Shown one piece after another: positions 15,561 through 27,500 of a stretch of 64,000 bases of DNA. The translations under genes were made by a program, and so were the position numbers. Position 1 is the stretch's first letter. Every line of letters starts with the position of its first letter. A model generated the notes under the pieces. It worked only from the letters and a program-made list of their open reading frames with translations. It did no database searches and was not told the origin of the DNA. Source of the stretch: Antedon mediterranea (Eukaryota > Animalia > Echinodermata); assembly GCF_964355755.1 (NCBI RefSeq), contig NC_092676.1, positions 9,339,888 to 9,403,887 of the forward strand. Direction: 5' to 3'.

Positions 15561-18500
15561 CGACCGACCGACATAGTGAACTATAGAGTCGCTTCCACGC
15601 GACTAAAAAGAGGCTTGAGAGAAGTAATGACCAAGGCTTATGAAGAAGGGAAGCGACCTACTTTCAGAAATGGTAAACTCTATATCAATGGTCAGTTGTA
15701 TTTTGTATTTGTATTTTGTATTAATATTTGTCCTCAGTGAGGAAATTCGGATTAGGCCCTCCACGGACCCACGGCAGCCAGCAGTGCAGCGCCTACCAGA
15801 TTAGGCAATGAGAGTAAAGCATCTTGCCTAAGGATGCAATTAGTATGGTACAGATAACCTCGAACCCATGCCTATCACATGCTAGTCCGATATTACCATT
15901 ACACCATCACTCTCCAGTATATACAGCACCCGCCACGATTTCTAGACGGTCTCCCATCCAGAACGCAACGGGGCCCAACGTTGCTTAACTTCGGTGATCT
16001 GACGAGAACCGGTGTTTCAACGCAGTATGGCCGTATTGGCCGGTTTTAGTTATGGCCGTATCATACCGTTGCATGGCTAACTTTAATTGTATACATTATC
16101 CTGAGAAGTAATGATCACGGCCTATGAAAAGGGGAAGCAACCAACTTTCAGAAATGGTAACCTCTATGAATGTTAATGGTTTGTTGTATGGCAACCAATA
16201 ATTGAACATATTTTGTAACTGCTTTATTTTAATTACTTAAATTGTTTAATTGGCCGAGCATGCTACTATTTAATTTTTTTCCTAAACATGTCAGAAAGAA
16301 AATTCTTTTCTTATTTTATTTTTATTTTTTTTTTATCTATTTATTATTTACTCCAAAAAAATGCTAACACAAAGTATTATAAATATCTTAAATATTAATA
16401 TTACTATGCATATATATTATGATTGATTTTAACATTACTAATTCATATCTTGATTATGACGCATTTGATGATCAATGGTTTTTTCCTTTAAATTGTGAAT
16501 ACCTCACTGAACACAAATTTCATGAACATTTTGCATCGGATACAAACCAAATTTCATTACTACACTTTAATATCCGTACCAGGAATACAAATTTTGACCA
16601 CCTTTATAATTCTTTTTTATCACATATTGATTCTGCTCCTACAATTGTTGGTCTCACAGAGACTTGACTATCTGATTCTTCACATAACCTTTACTCACTC
16701 CCCGGCTATAATTTGTTAACAAACAGTAGACCTGGCGATCAACGTGGAGGTGGTGTAGCAATATACTTGCCTTCTACCTTCGATTGCCAAGAATTATCTG
16801 AATTACAATTTATGAATGACATATTGGAATCTAGTTTTGTAGAAATCAGATGTCCTAATCAAAAAAATATTGTCGTTGGAGTCGTGTACAGACCACCACA
16901 AAGTAACATATCATTATTTAACACTGAAATTGAAAACATTCTCTCACATCAAGCATTAACAAATAACAAGCACGAATGTGCAATACTCGGGGTACAGCGA
17001 AAGAAGCTGTAATGACGTCATAAGACCGGATGTAACGTCACATACACATCAATAACCGCGCTACCAAATACGGCTATACGGTACCGTCTTCGAGACGTGA
17101 TATGGCTGCATCCGGTTCGAAATTAAAAAATCCGACTCTATAGCTTTGAGGACATGTCCCTGTAGTATATTCATGCTAAATCCGAGCTCAATACTACCAC
17201 GAATAAGGGAGGAGTAGTACTTTATCAATGAGTGTCCAGTGATACGAAACACGGCTTATTTTCCAGGGTTGAGTTCATTGCATGCTACGGATTTTTAGGG
17301 TAGATTTAGACGATAAGGATTTTGTCAGGATGGGTTCATGATACGTTTTTGCCAGGGTGAGTTCATGCCATAAATTGGATTTCATCAGGATGGGTTTATA
17401 GACGACACGGATTTGATGAGGATTTTGTAGGGTGGGTTCATTATGTTTATTTTGTAAACCTAGTCATATATCTGGGGTTACCCTACATTTATTTTCATTG
17501 ATTTAGATAAATTATGACATAGATAGGTAATAAATTATATTCATGAAAGCAATGCAGAAATAAACTATAATATAAGATTTCATAAAAACATCATTTAATC
17601 AATTCATAAACATAAATCAATAATATTCATTCAAGGAAGCTAAAACAAGTTGCATCATGATCAGAATAGTATACTGGATGGAGGAAATGATCAACGTTAT
17701 TTTCCATGTTGTGGTACACGTGATCCAGTATTCTACCTTCTATGTGCGTTGATTCGTTGATTATTTGCGTGAAGCCAAGATTTGTCAAACTTTCAAATAA
17801 TTTGTTTCCTGTAGGATCGGTGTTTATATCGCCGCAGATCACGGTTTTCTTGTTGTTTGATATACAACGTAAAAGTGCCTCTGTAAATTCTGTGATCGGA
17901 CTATTTGGAGACCTATAAACACAGATGAGTTCAAAATTTGACAAGCCGATTTTTAGTATTTGATAGTTCTTCTTAGCCTCTGAATGAAGAGGTGATACAG
18001 TGTAGTTTGACTTCACGTATATTGCTACTCCTTTACCACGACCTTCACTACATGTGAACAATTTGTATCTTGGTAGCGGTATAATGTCAATTTGGACATT
18101 CTTCAATAACCATGTTTCTGTAAGGCAGATGCAGTCTGCATTCATAAGTTCGAAATCAGAACTAATGTCAGCTAGATGATTACGCAATGATCGAATATTC
18201 AGCTGCACTAGTTTAGTTTTGGTTGATTTGACGTCAGTCCATTCTCGGTATCGAGTGTTGATAGCTGAATTTTTTATCAACTGGGCTGTTAGCAGTGCGC
18301 CTGGATTCACGTTTATCATTTTCTCCGCATCAAAACATGTTAGGAACAACTGATCTTGTGTCTGAATACGACCGAAGAGCACATAAGCTTGTGATGGGTG
18401 AAAAATCTTCTCCATGTGACCGACTAATTTAGTTGGCGCTATTATAGTCTGTCCTTGAAATTTATGCACGGTACAGCCCCAAGCAAGTCGTAGTGGGATC

Positions 18501-21500
18501 TGAATGAGTTTCACGCTAGTAGTGTTTTTTTTCTCTTTGCTTCCGATTGAGTACTCATACGATATTGGTTTGATTACGGTCAATCCATCAGTTCTTTTAG
18601 TAGATTTTCTCAACATCTCACCAACTTCCTCATCATCAAACTTGATCATTACTTCAGTAACAACTGCCTGGTTATTACTGTCTGGTTTAGTGTTCACAAT
18701 ACTGACTGTACCCATTGCACCATTCACTAAACGATCCTGTATTTGGATGTTATATGTTAGCATTATGCGTGCGCCTTCCTTCAGTTTGAGTGTACTTTGA
18801 AATGGTGTATTATTCACGCAACCATCTCTACTGATCTTAGGCTTGTAGGTTTTCTGTGTAGGGTGTATATTTACCGCATGTATCGTATATTCAGTACCTT
18901 CTAGATCGCTCAGTCTCTCATCATTGAAATGGTTCACTTCTGCGTTAGTTCCAAACAAATGTATCCCATCTATGGGGATATCTTTAGTAACTCTCTTTTT
19001 CAGGAAATCGATATCAGGCTGTTCTTTCAGGCCATATCGGATACGTCCTAGAACTTCTGCGTATTCGCGATGATCGCCTTGACGATGGTTATAACGTAAC
19101 TCTATCATAGTAAAGAGATCCCATAAGGAACGGAGTGTGAAAGAAAGAGCGAAATTCTCGTTTGATGGCTCATCGAAAATATATCTTGCTGATACGGGTC
19201 GGAGCTGAAGTAGATCACCGAACAGGACAATAGAAATTCCAGCAAAGTCTCGCTGATTTCCCAATATCTCTTGAAGTCGTAGATTCAACTGATACAACTG
19301 GTCTGCTTTTACCATTGACATTTCATCTATCACGACTAACTTCAACCCTTGTAACAACGATCTCATTGCATCTCGCTTTTTATCACTCAAACTGATAAAT
19401 TTGTTTCCAAAGGGCAGATTGAACGCTGTATGCATAGTCAGACCTTTGATGTTACTGGCTGCAGTTCCTGTTGGAGCAGCAAGGATCACAAGTGGTTGAT
19501 CGGGATTTCTGTCATCGTCTGTTCTCAGTGTGGCTTCTGCCCACTGTGCTATTACACGTATCAACTCTGATTTTCCCGAACCTGCACCTCCATGAACTAC
19601 CAAAAGTGGTGGATCTGTTACCCTGGTCCCGAGTTGAGTAGATTTTTGTATATCTCTCAAGTATTTCAGTACCCAATTGAAAGCTTGTCGTTGATCCTCA
19701 TCAAGTTTTGTCACTGACTGACACATTTGTTCTTTATCAGATATGTCAATTCGCCTGAATATCGATCCAAGATCACTGGTTACTTCGTCCTTTGTATCGA
19801 CGATACCCTCTGGTTCAGTTGCTAGGTTCTGAACGTTGACATTTGTACCAATCTCACGCTGTTCATCATTCTCCTGTTCCAGTGATGGATCCAGCATATC
19901 ACATATAATGGTTAGCACGATGACCATTATCCTGCGATTCGATGAAGTTTCGACCCGCTTCTACATTGTTACGATGAGGGAATAGCATATTTTTCACTAT
20001 GTTTATCTCGTTTAGTTTGCTCTCATACAAGTCTAAGCACTTTTGGAAATCATCGCTTATGCAATCACTTTCTTTCAGCCACGGCCAGTAAAGTAAGAGC
20101 TCCGAGTAGGCAAACTGATGTGGTTCTTTTATCTGATTGCACTTATGTTGACGTAATATAGCTGGTCGTTGACGTAGTTTCATATACAATGTATCAGTGA
20201 GTTTGATCAATGCTGGTAGGAATTCGGTGGGTCTCACATCCAATAACAATAGGTTTATCACTCACACCATGTACTTGGTCTGTAAAGACTTTTCCTTTCG
20301 TTTGACTGAATGGACAAGTATCATACATGGTGCTGAACTGAGCAAGGGTCATAATACGTATGGGACCAGGTCGTTTCTCGAATTTCTCATGTATCGAGAG
20401 GTTTCGCTGAACGTATTTACCTTTTTTGCCAGGTATAGTAATGACATTACTATTTGCTCTGTTAGATTTTTTCATTGTACGATTATTCTCGTCATCGTCA
20501 TCGTCAGGCTCAGACTTTGCGGGATCTGCATCATCACTGTAATCACCATCATCTATTTGCATGAGGAATTTCCTCCGTTTCTCCGGAAGATTAGTGTCAA
20601 CCCAAACAGGCTTTATGTTGGAATTTGTCAGATGAAGGCTAGGATCCATAAGGTAAATGGCCTCAAATTTACCTTTCTCTCTGTATGTCAAGAATACTCT
20701 TGCTAGGTATCTCATTTTCTCTTGGTTACTTTTATCGCTCCCACGCATTTCTTTGGCAGCATCTATAAGATATTTCATCGTTCCGGTATCATCCTTCATG
20801 TAATAGTCGGTAATATAAGTGATCACTGCATAATAGTCCAAACAGACCTGTAGATCCATATTACCATCCCACGCTCGTATCCATTCTTTGTTGTAATTGT
20901 TGACCATTATTTCATTCACCGCTCGTTTCAGTACAATTACTGTGCCTTTCTCGCTAACTTCGAGCGCTCTGTAATAGTCTTCGTGTGAAACATCCGCTAA
21001 TCGCAGTAGTTGATCTATTGATGTTTCGTCTAATTTATTCTTTTTCTGCAGATCTAGCAAGGTTTTCCTCACTGCTTCCAGTGTAGTATGATGATTGCCC
21101 AGTATCTGTTTGTATTCATCGTCAGTCAGTTGTGATTTGTTCAAGGGCTGTGCGATGATCGTTCTTTCACTAGGAAAACGTGGGAATCCGAATCTGCAAT
21201 CTGTTCCATACTTGCGACAGGATTTAGTGTGACTGTGAGTTTGCAGTTGTTTGGCAATATAATATAGATCGTTTTCCGGTTTTGTATCACAGGTGATGAA
21301 ATTATCTACCAACTTTACTGTCACATCTTTTTGACTATCAGAGAGATGCTTGTTCTGCCGCAGAGAATCAATAGATGATGTAATTCCTGGAAAATCTTCT
21401 TCTAGTTTCTCAAAAGTTGGCCAACAGACTCCATGAATGTGTCCAGCACCCCGTTTTTGAAACTCTACCCTGTAGTTATAGGATTCAATATGCATAGGAC

Positions 21501-24500
21501 TGTTTTTACCCATCATTATGTTTTTGATAAATGCCTTTACTCTTTGGTTGAAATTACGTGCCACTATATCCGTGTTTTCTTGAAGTAACTTGCGCAAATT
21601 GTCTATTTTTATTCTTCCTTCTTCCGTATACTCTAGTGGTTCACCATCAACATATATAGTTTCGATCCCATCTTCCATTTGGTAACTGATGTCATGGTTC
21701 CGTGAAAGGATAGACGTGATGTTTTCTGGCCATCGTGTATCAGCACAGGACAGTGTGAAAAAGAAAAGAAACGGACCAAGATTCTCTAGTCGTGCGAACA
21801 TTATATTTCGCTGTTTTTTCCAATATCGAGGTGAACCTGGAATTTGGTCAAGAACAGAAAACGCGTCCTCCACATTTTGCAATTCCCGCGATGAATTGAC
21901 ATTTCCCTTCAAGTAACTGACACTGATTTGACTTTCAATAGAGTGTCGTTCGAGATAATATAAGGAAGCGAAAGTGAATGCATCACTAGAAATGAATCGT
22001 CTGTCTACATTATAAAGTCTTTGACAGAAAAACTTCCAAGGAGCCAATTTGATAGCACGCAAGTAGTGTAAACCATACCGACCAGTGGGATACAATGTTG
22101 GAAATGAATTTATATCCCAACTTTCATCTCTCATGAAATTAGTAGGTGTTTTACCTTGTCCAGGTGCGACAGAAAGGCTATCTGTATCAGACCGATTCTT
22201 TTCTCTCTCCGGACAAACTAGATGTATTTCTGCATGATCGTCTGACATCACCGTGGAAAGATTATTACAGCTTTGATAACGAGTTCTTCCGTCTTCTTCA
22301 TTTTCATTGGTTTCTTTAGTATCACTTCTATCATTACTATCATTATTGTCATTAGTCTTGATATTTACATCATCATCGTTGACTATTTCATCTATGGGAG
22401 AATCTTCTTCTTCGTCTGGATCATTAGCCACCTCCTGTTTGATTTGTGCGTGATAGAATTCGTTGATCTTGACATCAGTGTACCCAGGATGTCCCAGCTC
22501 TTTAAGTGTCATTATAGCTTGTATTAGCTTCTTCGGATCAATATATGCATTTAACACATAAGGCTGTTTCTCTATCTGTCGCTTGAGTTTCACTGGAATC
22601 AAACCAGCATCATCTGGCAGTCGTGGTAAACTCGTTAATTGTGACATAGTATTCAATATATCATCATCAGTTATAGGTACATAAATGACCCGGTCTTTCA
22701 TTGCTGACCATCCACTAGACGGTAGAACACGTAATTTTAGGAATAAAATAGATCTAGCTACGAGTACTCTACCAAGTTCAGACAGCTCTAGATCTGGTGG
22801 AATAGGATCAAGATTCAAGCCGTTTCTCACACACATAGGTGACATTTTACCTTTCACCAAGTAACCTTTACATGTATGACAAACGTATTTTGTTTTATCG
22901 GTAGAGAGCAATTCTGCTTTGATGACGTATAGTTCATATGCGTTGTTCGTGTTCATTTTCGTTCGTAACTATTCGGTAATTTCCGTTACACCATTTTTAT
23001 ACAACATCCGATGACAAACTATGCATGGGTATATTGGACCATAACGTATATGTTCTAGAAATTTGCTCAATCGATCGTTCTCGGTGTTACTATGTTTTTT
23101 ATGTGTGTATCGTTTCACACACTTCTCTTTTTTTTCACGATGAGATTCGTAATGACTTTTCTTCTTAGCGTTGATATCATCTCGATGAGTTTCGTGATAA
23201 CTTTTTCTCTTAGTGCTGATATCATCTCGATGAGATTCGTGATAACTTTTCTTCTTAGCGCTGATATCATCTCGATGAGATTCGTGATAACTTTTCTTCT
23301 TAGCGCTGATATCATCTCGATGAGATTCGTGATAACTTTTCTTCTTAACGCTGATATCATCTCGATGAGATTCGTGATAACTTTTGAATCTACCTAGCCT
23401 CTTAGAACGATTTTCATCGCTTTCATTCATAAGTCGCTCTGTTTCATGCTTCTGTTTATATCCGCATCTATTATTAGAAGTGTAATCATCTGGATACATT
23501 TTTCTACACGTCATGTTCTTTGCCAAGTGACCTTTAAGACGCTTGAAAGACTTGCCACAACCCTTACATATGGACTCTGATGGAACCTTTGTGTCTGTAG
23601 ATGGTTGATCAGGAGCTGGTTGTTCGGGAACTGATGTATCAGGAGATGGTTGATCAGTAGCCGGTTGTTCGCAAGTTGACTGTTCGGGTTCCTCAGTTTT
23701 AAATCCAACGACTACATCAAAATGCACATTGCTTGAATTTACTAAATATATGGAACAATTCTCTCGTTCTTGTTCCAACCCAAAATCATAGAGTGCAGTA
23801 GCAGCATATCTCTGCCAGCCCCAGGTTAGTTCGGTAGTGTTTGCATTGAGATTTTGATAGACGTAAATATCCGTTTTCAATAATGATGCAGCTGCAATTA
23901 CCTCTAGCATCGTAGCCCAGTGGACACTATCGGCACCAGTTATTGCGAGGTTGTCCAGATGTTCACGAAATTCCTTTTCACGCGAATCTATATTACCATT
24001 GAACTCGAATTTTTCAAATGCGTCGTTTCTGTGTTGGTGTAAGTGAGTAATCACTGCAGCTCGGAGGAACCCGTGCATATACTCATTTCCGAAAATTACA
24101 TAAGACAAAGCTCGAAAAAAACAATTTCCATCTGGATATATGTTTCTTTTCTTGAATGAACTTGTCAAGGTCCGTTCTATACCGTCATAATGGACTAGAT
24201 GCACAGAAACCTCTAAATTCAGACTACGACATTGTCTTTCCTGCCAATTAAAAGTAGGAGGTGAGAAAATGTATCGACTTTCTATATCCGTGACATTTGC
24301 ATCAACTAAGTCAGTATTCTTCTTACTGCAGTCGGTAGAGCATTGAGAGGTTTTGTGAGTTTCCCGTTTATCATACTTTGATGATCTCGCCTCTTTCAAG
24401 TGAGCTTTGCGCTTACTTGAACGAGGCATAGTGTGATATTACGCTTTGTTATATTCTATGTCTGTTTTAGTCTTGATAAAGTTTTCAACTAAAGTAGCTG

Positions 24501-27500
24501 GCAGAATGTGTGTAAGTATGTGATAACAGCAGGAAGCAGCTGGCAGAATGTGTGTAAGTATGTACAGCAGGCGAAGTTCAGCAAATTTTGAAATTCAATT
24601 TTCGGAGCTGATGTTGAAGTAAAATATTCTTGGGAGCTGATATCATATTACGTATACAGTATATTTCACCATAAAGTTTAAGAAAAATAGGTTTCGCCAG
24701 GGCTTACACCAAAAATGTGGGTCACACAGTTTTTCAATCCATTTAAATTACAAAGAAATATAGTAATAAGCACAAAGCAAAATAAACATGTGTAAAAGTG
24801 ATAATTACCGATTACACAAAATAAGTATTTAAAAAAGATATACTGTATATCATATTGCGTATACAGTACTTTTTACCTTAAAGTTTAAAAAAAAAAGGTT
24901 TCGCCCGGGCTCGAACCAGGTACCTTCTGCGTGTTAAGCAAACGTGATAACCACTACGCCAAGAAGCCGCATTTAACTACATAACGCTGTGGTGTGTGTC
25001 ACACATTGTGGCTTTTTAATTAAACAAATTAATTAACAAATAAGCACGAATGTGCGATACTCGGTGTACAGCAAATGAAGCTGTAATGACGTCATAAGAC
25101 GGGATGTGACGTCACATACACATCAATAACCTACCAAATACGGCTATATGGTACCATCTTCGAGACGTCTTATGGCTGCATCTGGTTTGAAAATGAAAAA
25201 TCCGGCTCTATAGCTTTGAGGACATGTGCCTTTAGTATATTCATGCGAAATCCCAGCTCAATACTACAACGAATAAGGGAGGAGTAGTACTTTGAAAATC
25301 GCACTTTTTACTCAATAGTGTCCAGATGGAGGAAGAGAAGGAGAAAATGAGTAAGTACTAGACTCGGGTACCCCGAGTAAGTACCCCGAGTAAAAATGTG
25401 TTTATTATGGGCGATTTTAATTTACATTTACTACATCACGATGAAAATGCACGCATTAGTGAATTTCTAGATACATTAATTTCGTTTTCACTTATTCCAC
25501 TTATTACCAAACCCACACGTGTAACTGATACGTCATCTACGTTACTTGACAATATATTTAGCAATATCCACCCTTTCCCGGTCTCGGGAATGATTGTATC
25601 CGATATATCGGATCATTTTCCGATATTTGCAAAAACCTCGCTAACGGTTAATCAACATTGTAACTGCCATTGTAATAAGACAATTTACTCTTTTAATCCC
25701 CAATCGTTGGCTCACTTTAAAGAACGTTTGGCAAACTCTGATTGGCAATTAGTTCTAGATGAAAATGACGCTAACAAGTCTTTTGATGTATTTATGGAAA
25801 GACTTAAATTTCTTCAAAATGAATGTTTTAGTCAAAGGGCAAATCGTGTTAGAAGTCGTAAAAAAATCCCTCGTATGCCATGGATATCAAGGTCTATATT
25901 AAAATCAATAAATAAGAAGAACAAACTTTTTTATAAATTAAAAATTTCTAAAACACTCGAATCTAAGACGAAATATAACAAATATAAAAATATTCTTACA
26001 TCATTAATACGTTCTGCTAAGAAAGACTATTTTTTCGGTCAATTCTAATCCGTATACAATGATATAAGAGGAACGTGGAAAGTGATAAATTCTGTATTGA
26101 ATCCCGACCAAAGTCTTAAAGAGATCGGAAAAAAAATTAATGGTCAAACTATCGATGACAAACAGATCATAGTTGAACACCTCAATGAATATTTCTCAAA
26201 TATTGGCACTTCATTAGCACAATCGATTCCAACTACAAACAAATCTTTTCATAGTTATATAAATGATCCGAATAAAAACAGTATTTTTTTCGTTCCAATA
26301 ACGGAAATGGACGTTATTGATAGTGTAAATACCTTTAAGAAAAAAAAAGTCCTGAATTTGATGGAATAAGCAATGATTTAATTAAAAGCATTATTCCCAA
26401 AATTGTAACGCCTTTAACTCATATATATAATCTCTAATATGTAACGGGTGTGTCACTAAAAGAATGAAAATTGCGAAAGTAATTCCTTTATTAAAGAAAG
26501 GAAGTCCTCAAGAAGCATCAAATTACCGACCAATTTCACTATTGACATCATTTTCAAAAATTTTAGAAAAGCTTGTATATAATTATGCGGACTTTACATT
26601 TTTTAAACCAGTGTAATATTCAATTTGGATTTAGAGAAAAGCACACTACGTCACGTGCCATTTTACACTTCGTTGACATGATTACATCAGCCTTAGATAA
26701 TCATATGCATACAATTGGTATTTTCCTCGATAACTCCAAAGCTTTCAATACAGTTAATCATGAAATCTTACTGCATAAATTATCAAAATATGGAATTAGA
26801 GGGGTGGCTAAAAAATGGTTTAGAAGTTACCTTTCTGATAGGCAACAATTTGTATCATTAAATAATTTTGAATCAAGCTGCAAACCTGTTACATGTGGTG
26901 TCCCCCAGGGTTCGATTCTGGGCCCACTTCTCTTCATAATTTATGCAAATGATTTCAATAATATATCTAATGTCATGTCGTCAATACTGTTTGCGGATGA
27001 TTCAAGTCTGTTTTATTCACATGATGATCCAGATAGTCTTTGTGACATCGTTAATCAAGAACTAAAAAAAGTTACTACTTGGATACATGCAAACAAGCTA
27101 TCACTAAATATGCTAAAAACCAATTTTATGTTGTTTAGTAACAAATATAGTATGTTACCAAAAGATATTATTTTCAACAATGTTCCTATTAATCAAATAA
27201 CCAACACAATATTTCTTGGTATATTTATTGACGACAGACTTGACTGGAAATCCCATGTTAATTACCTTTGCAAATTATTATCAAAAATGTTGGCATGATG
27301 TATAAATTGAAATCAATATTTCCTCAAAAAGTATTAAATATTTTATATTCTACTCTTTATTCTACTCCTTAAGTGGCGCTGTGCAACACGGCGACACAGC
27401 TCGTCTCATTGTCTCACTATTGTTAAACCCACCTGAGTGATAAGCATAGCGATCAACATATTCAAGTAGTTGGCTTTAAATCTGTTCGTGGGGATCGTAC

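Larger units (their letters stand above)
16967..25391 (-). mobile_element. Full-length Helentron (endonuclease-encoding Helitron2)
   Basis: subTIRs TACTCGGGGTAC (16984-16995) and GTACCCCGAGTA (25368-25379, 25381-25392); terminal stem-loop gcacgaatgtgc; inserted in an A/T run without TSD. Removing it restores the host LINE frame ([14 protein letters not shown]). Encodes Rep-Hel-APE. Confidence 0.92.

Noticed and set aside
15465-15740. ORF with (DRQT)n repeats
   Set aside because: Translation of a (GACA)n microsatellite running into the LINE ORF1 tail.
15921-16040. Functional 5S rRNA gene
   Set aside because: Diverged with indels, no terminator, fused to a SINE body, single copy inside a LINE.
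18504-22527. Plus-strand ORFs within the Helentron (18504, 20197, 21689, 22273)
   Set aside because: Antisense shadows of the Rep-helicase frame with no motifs.
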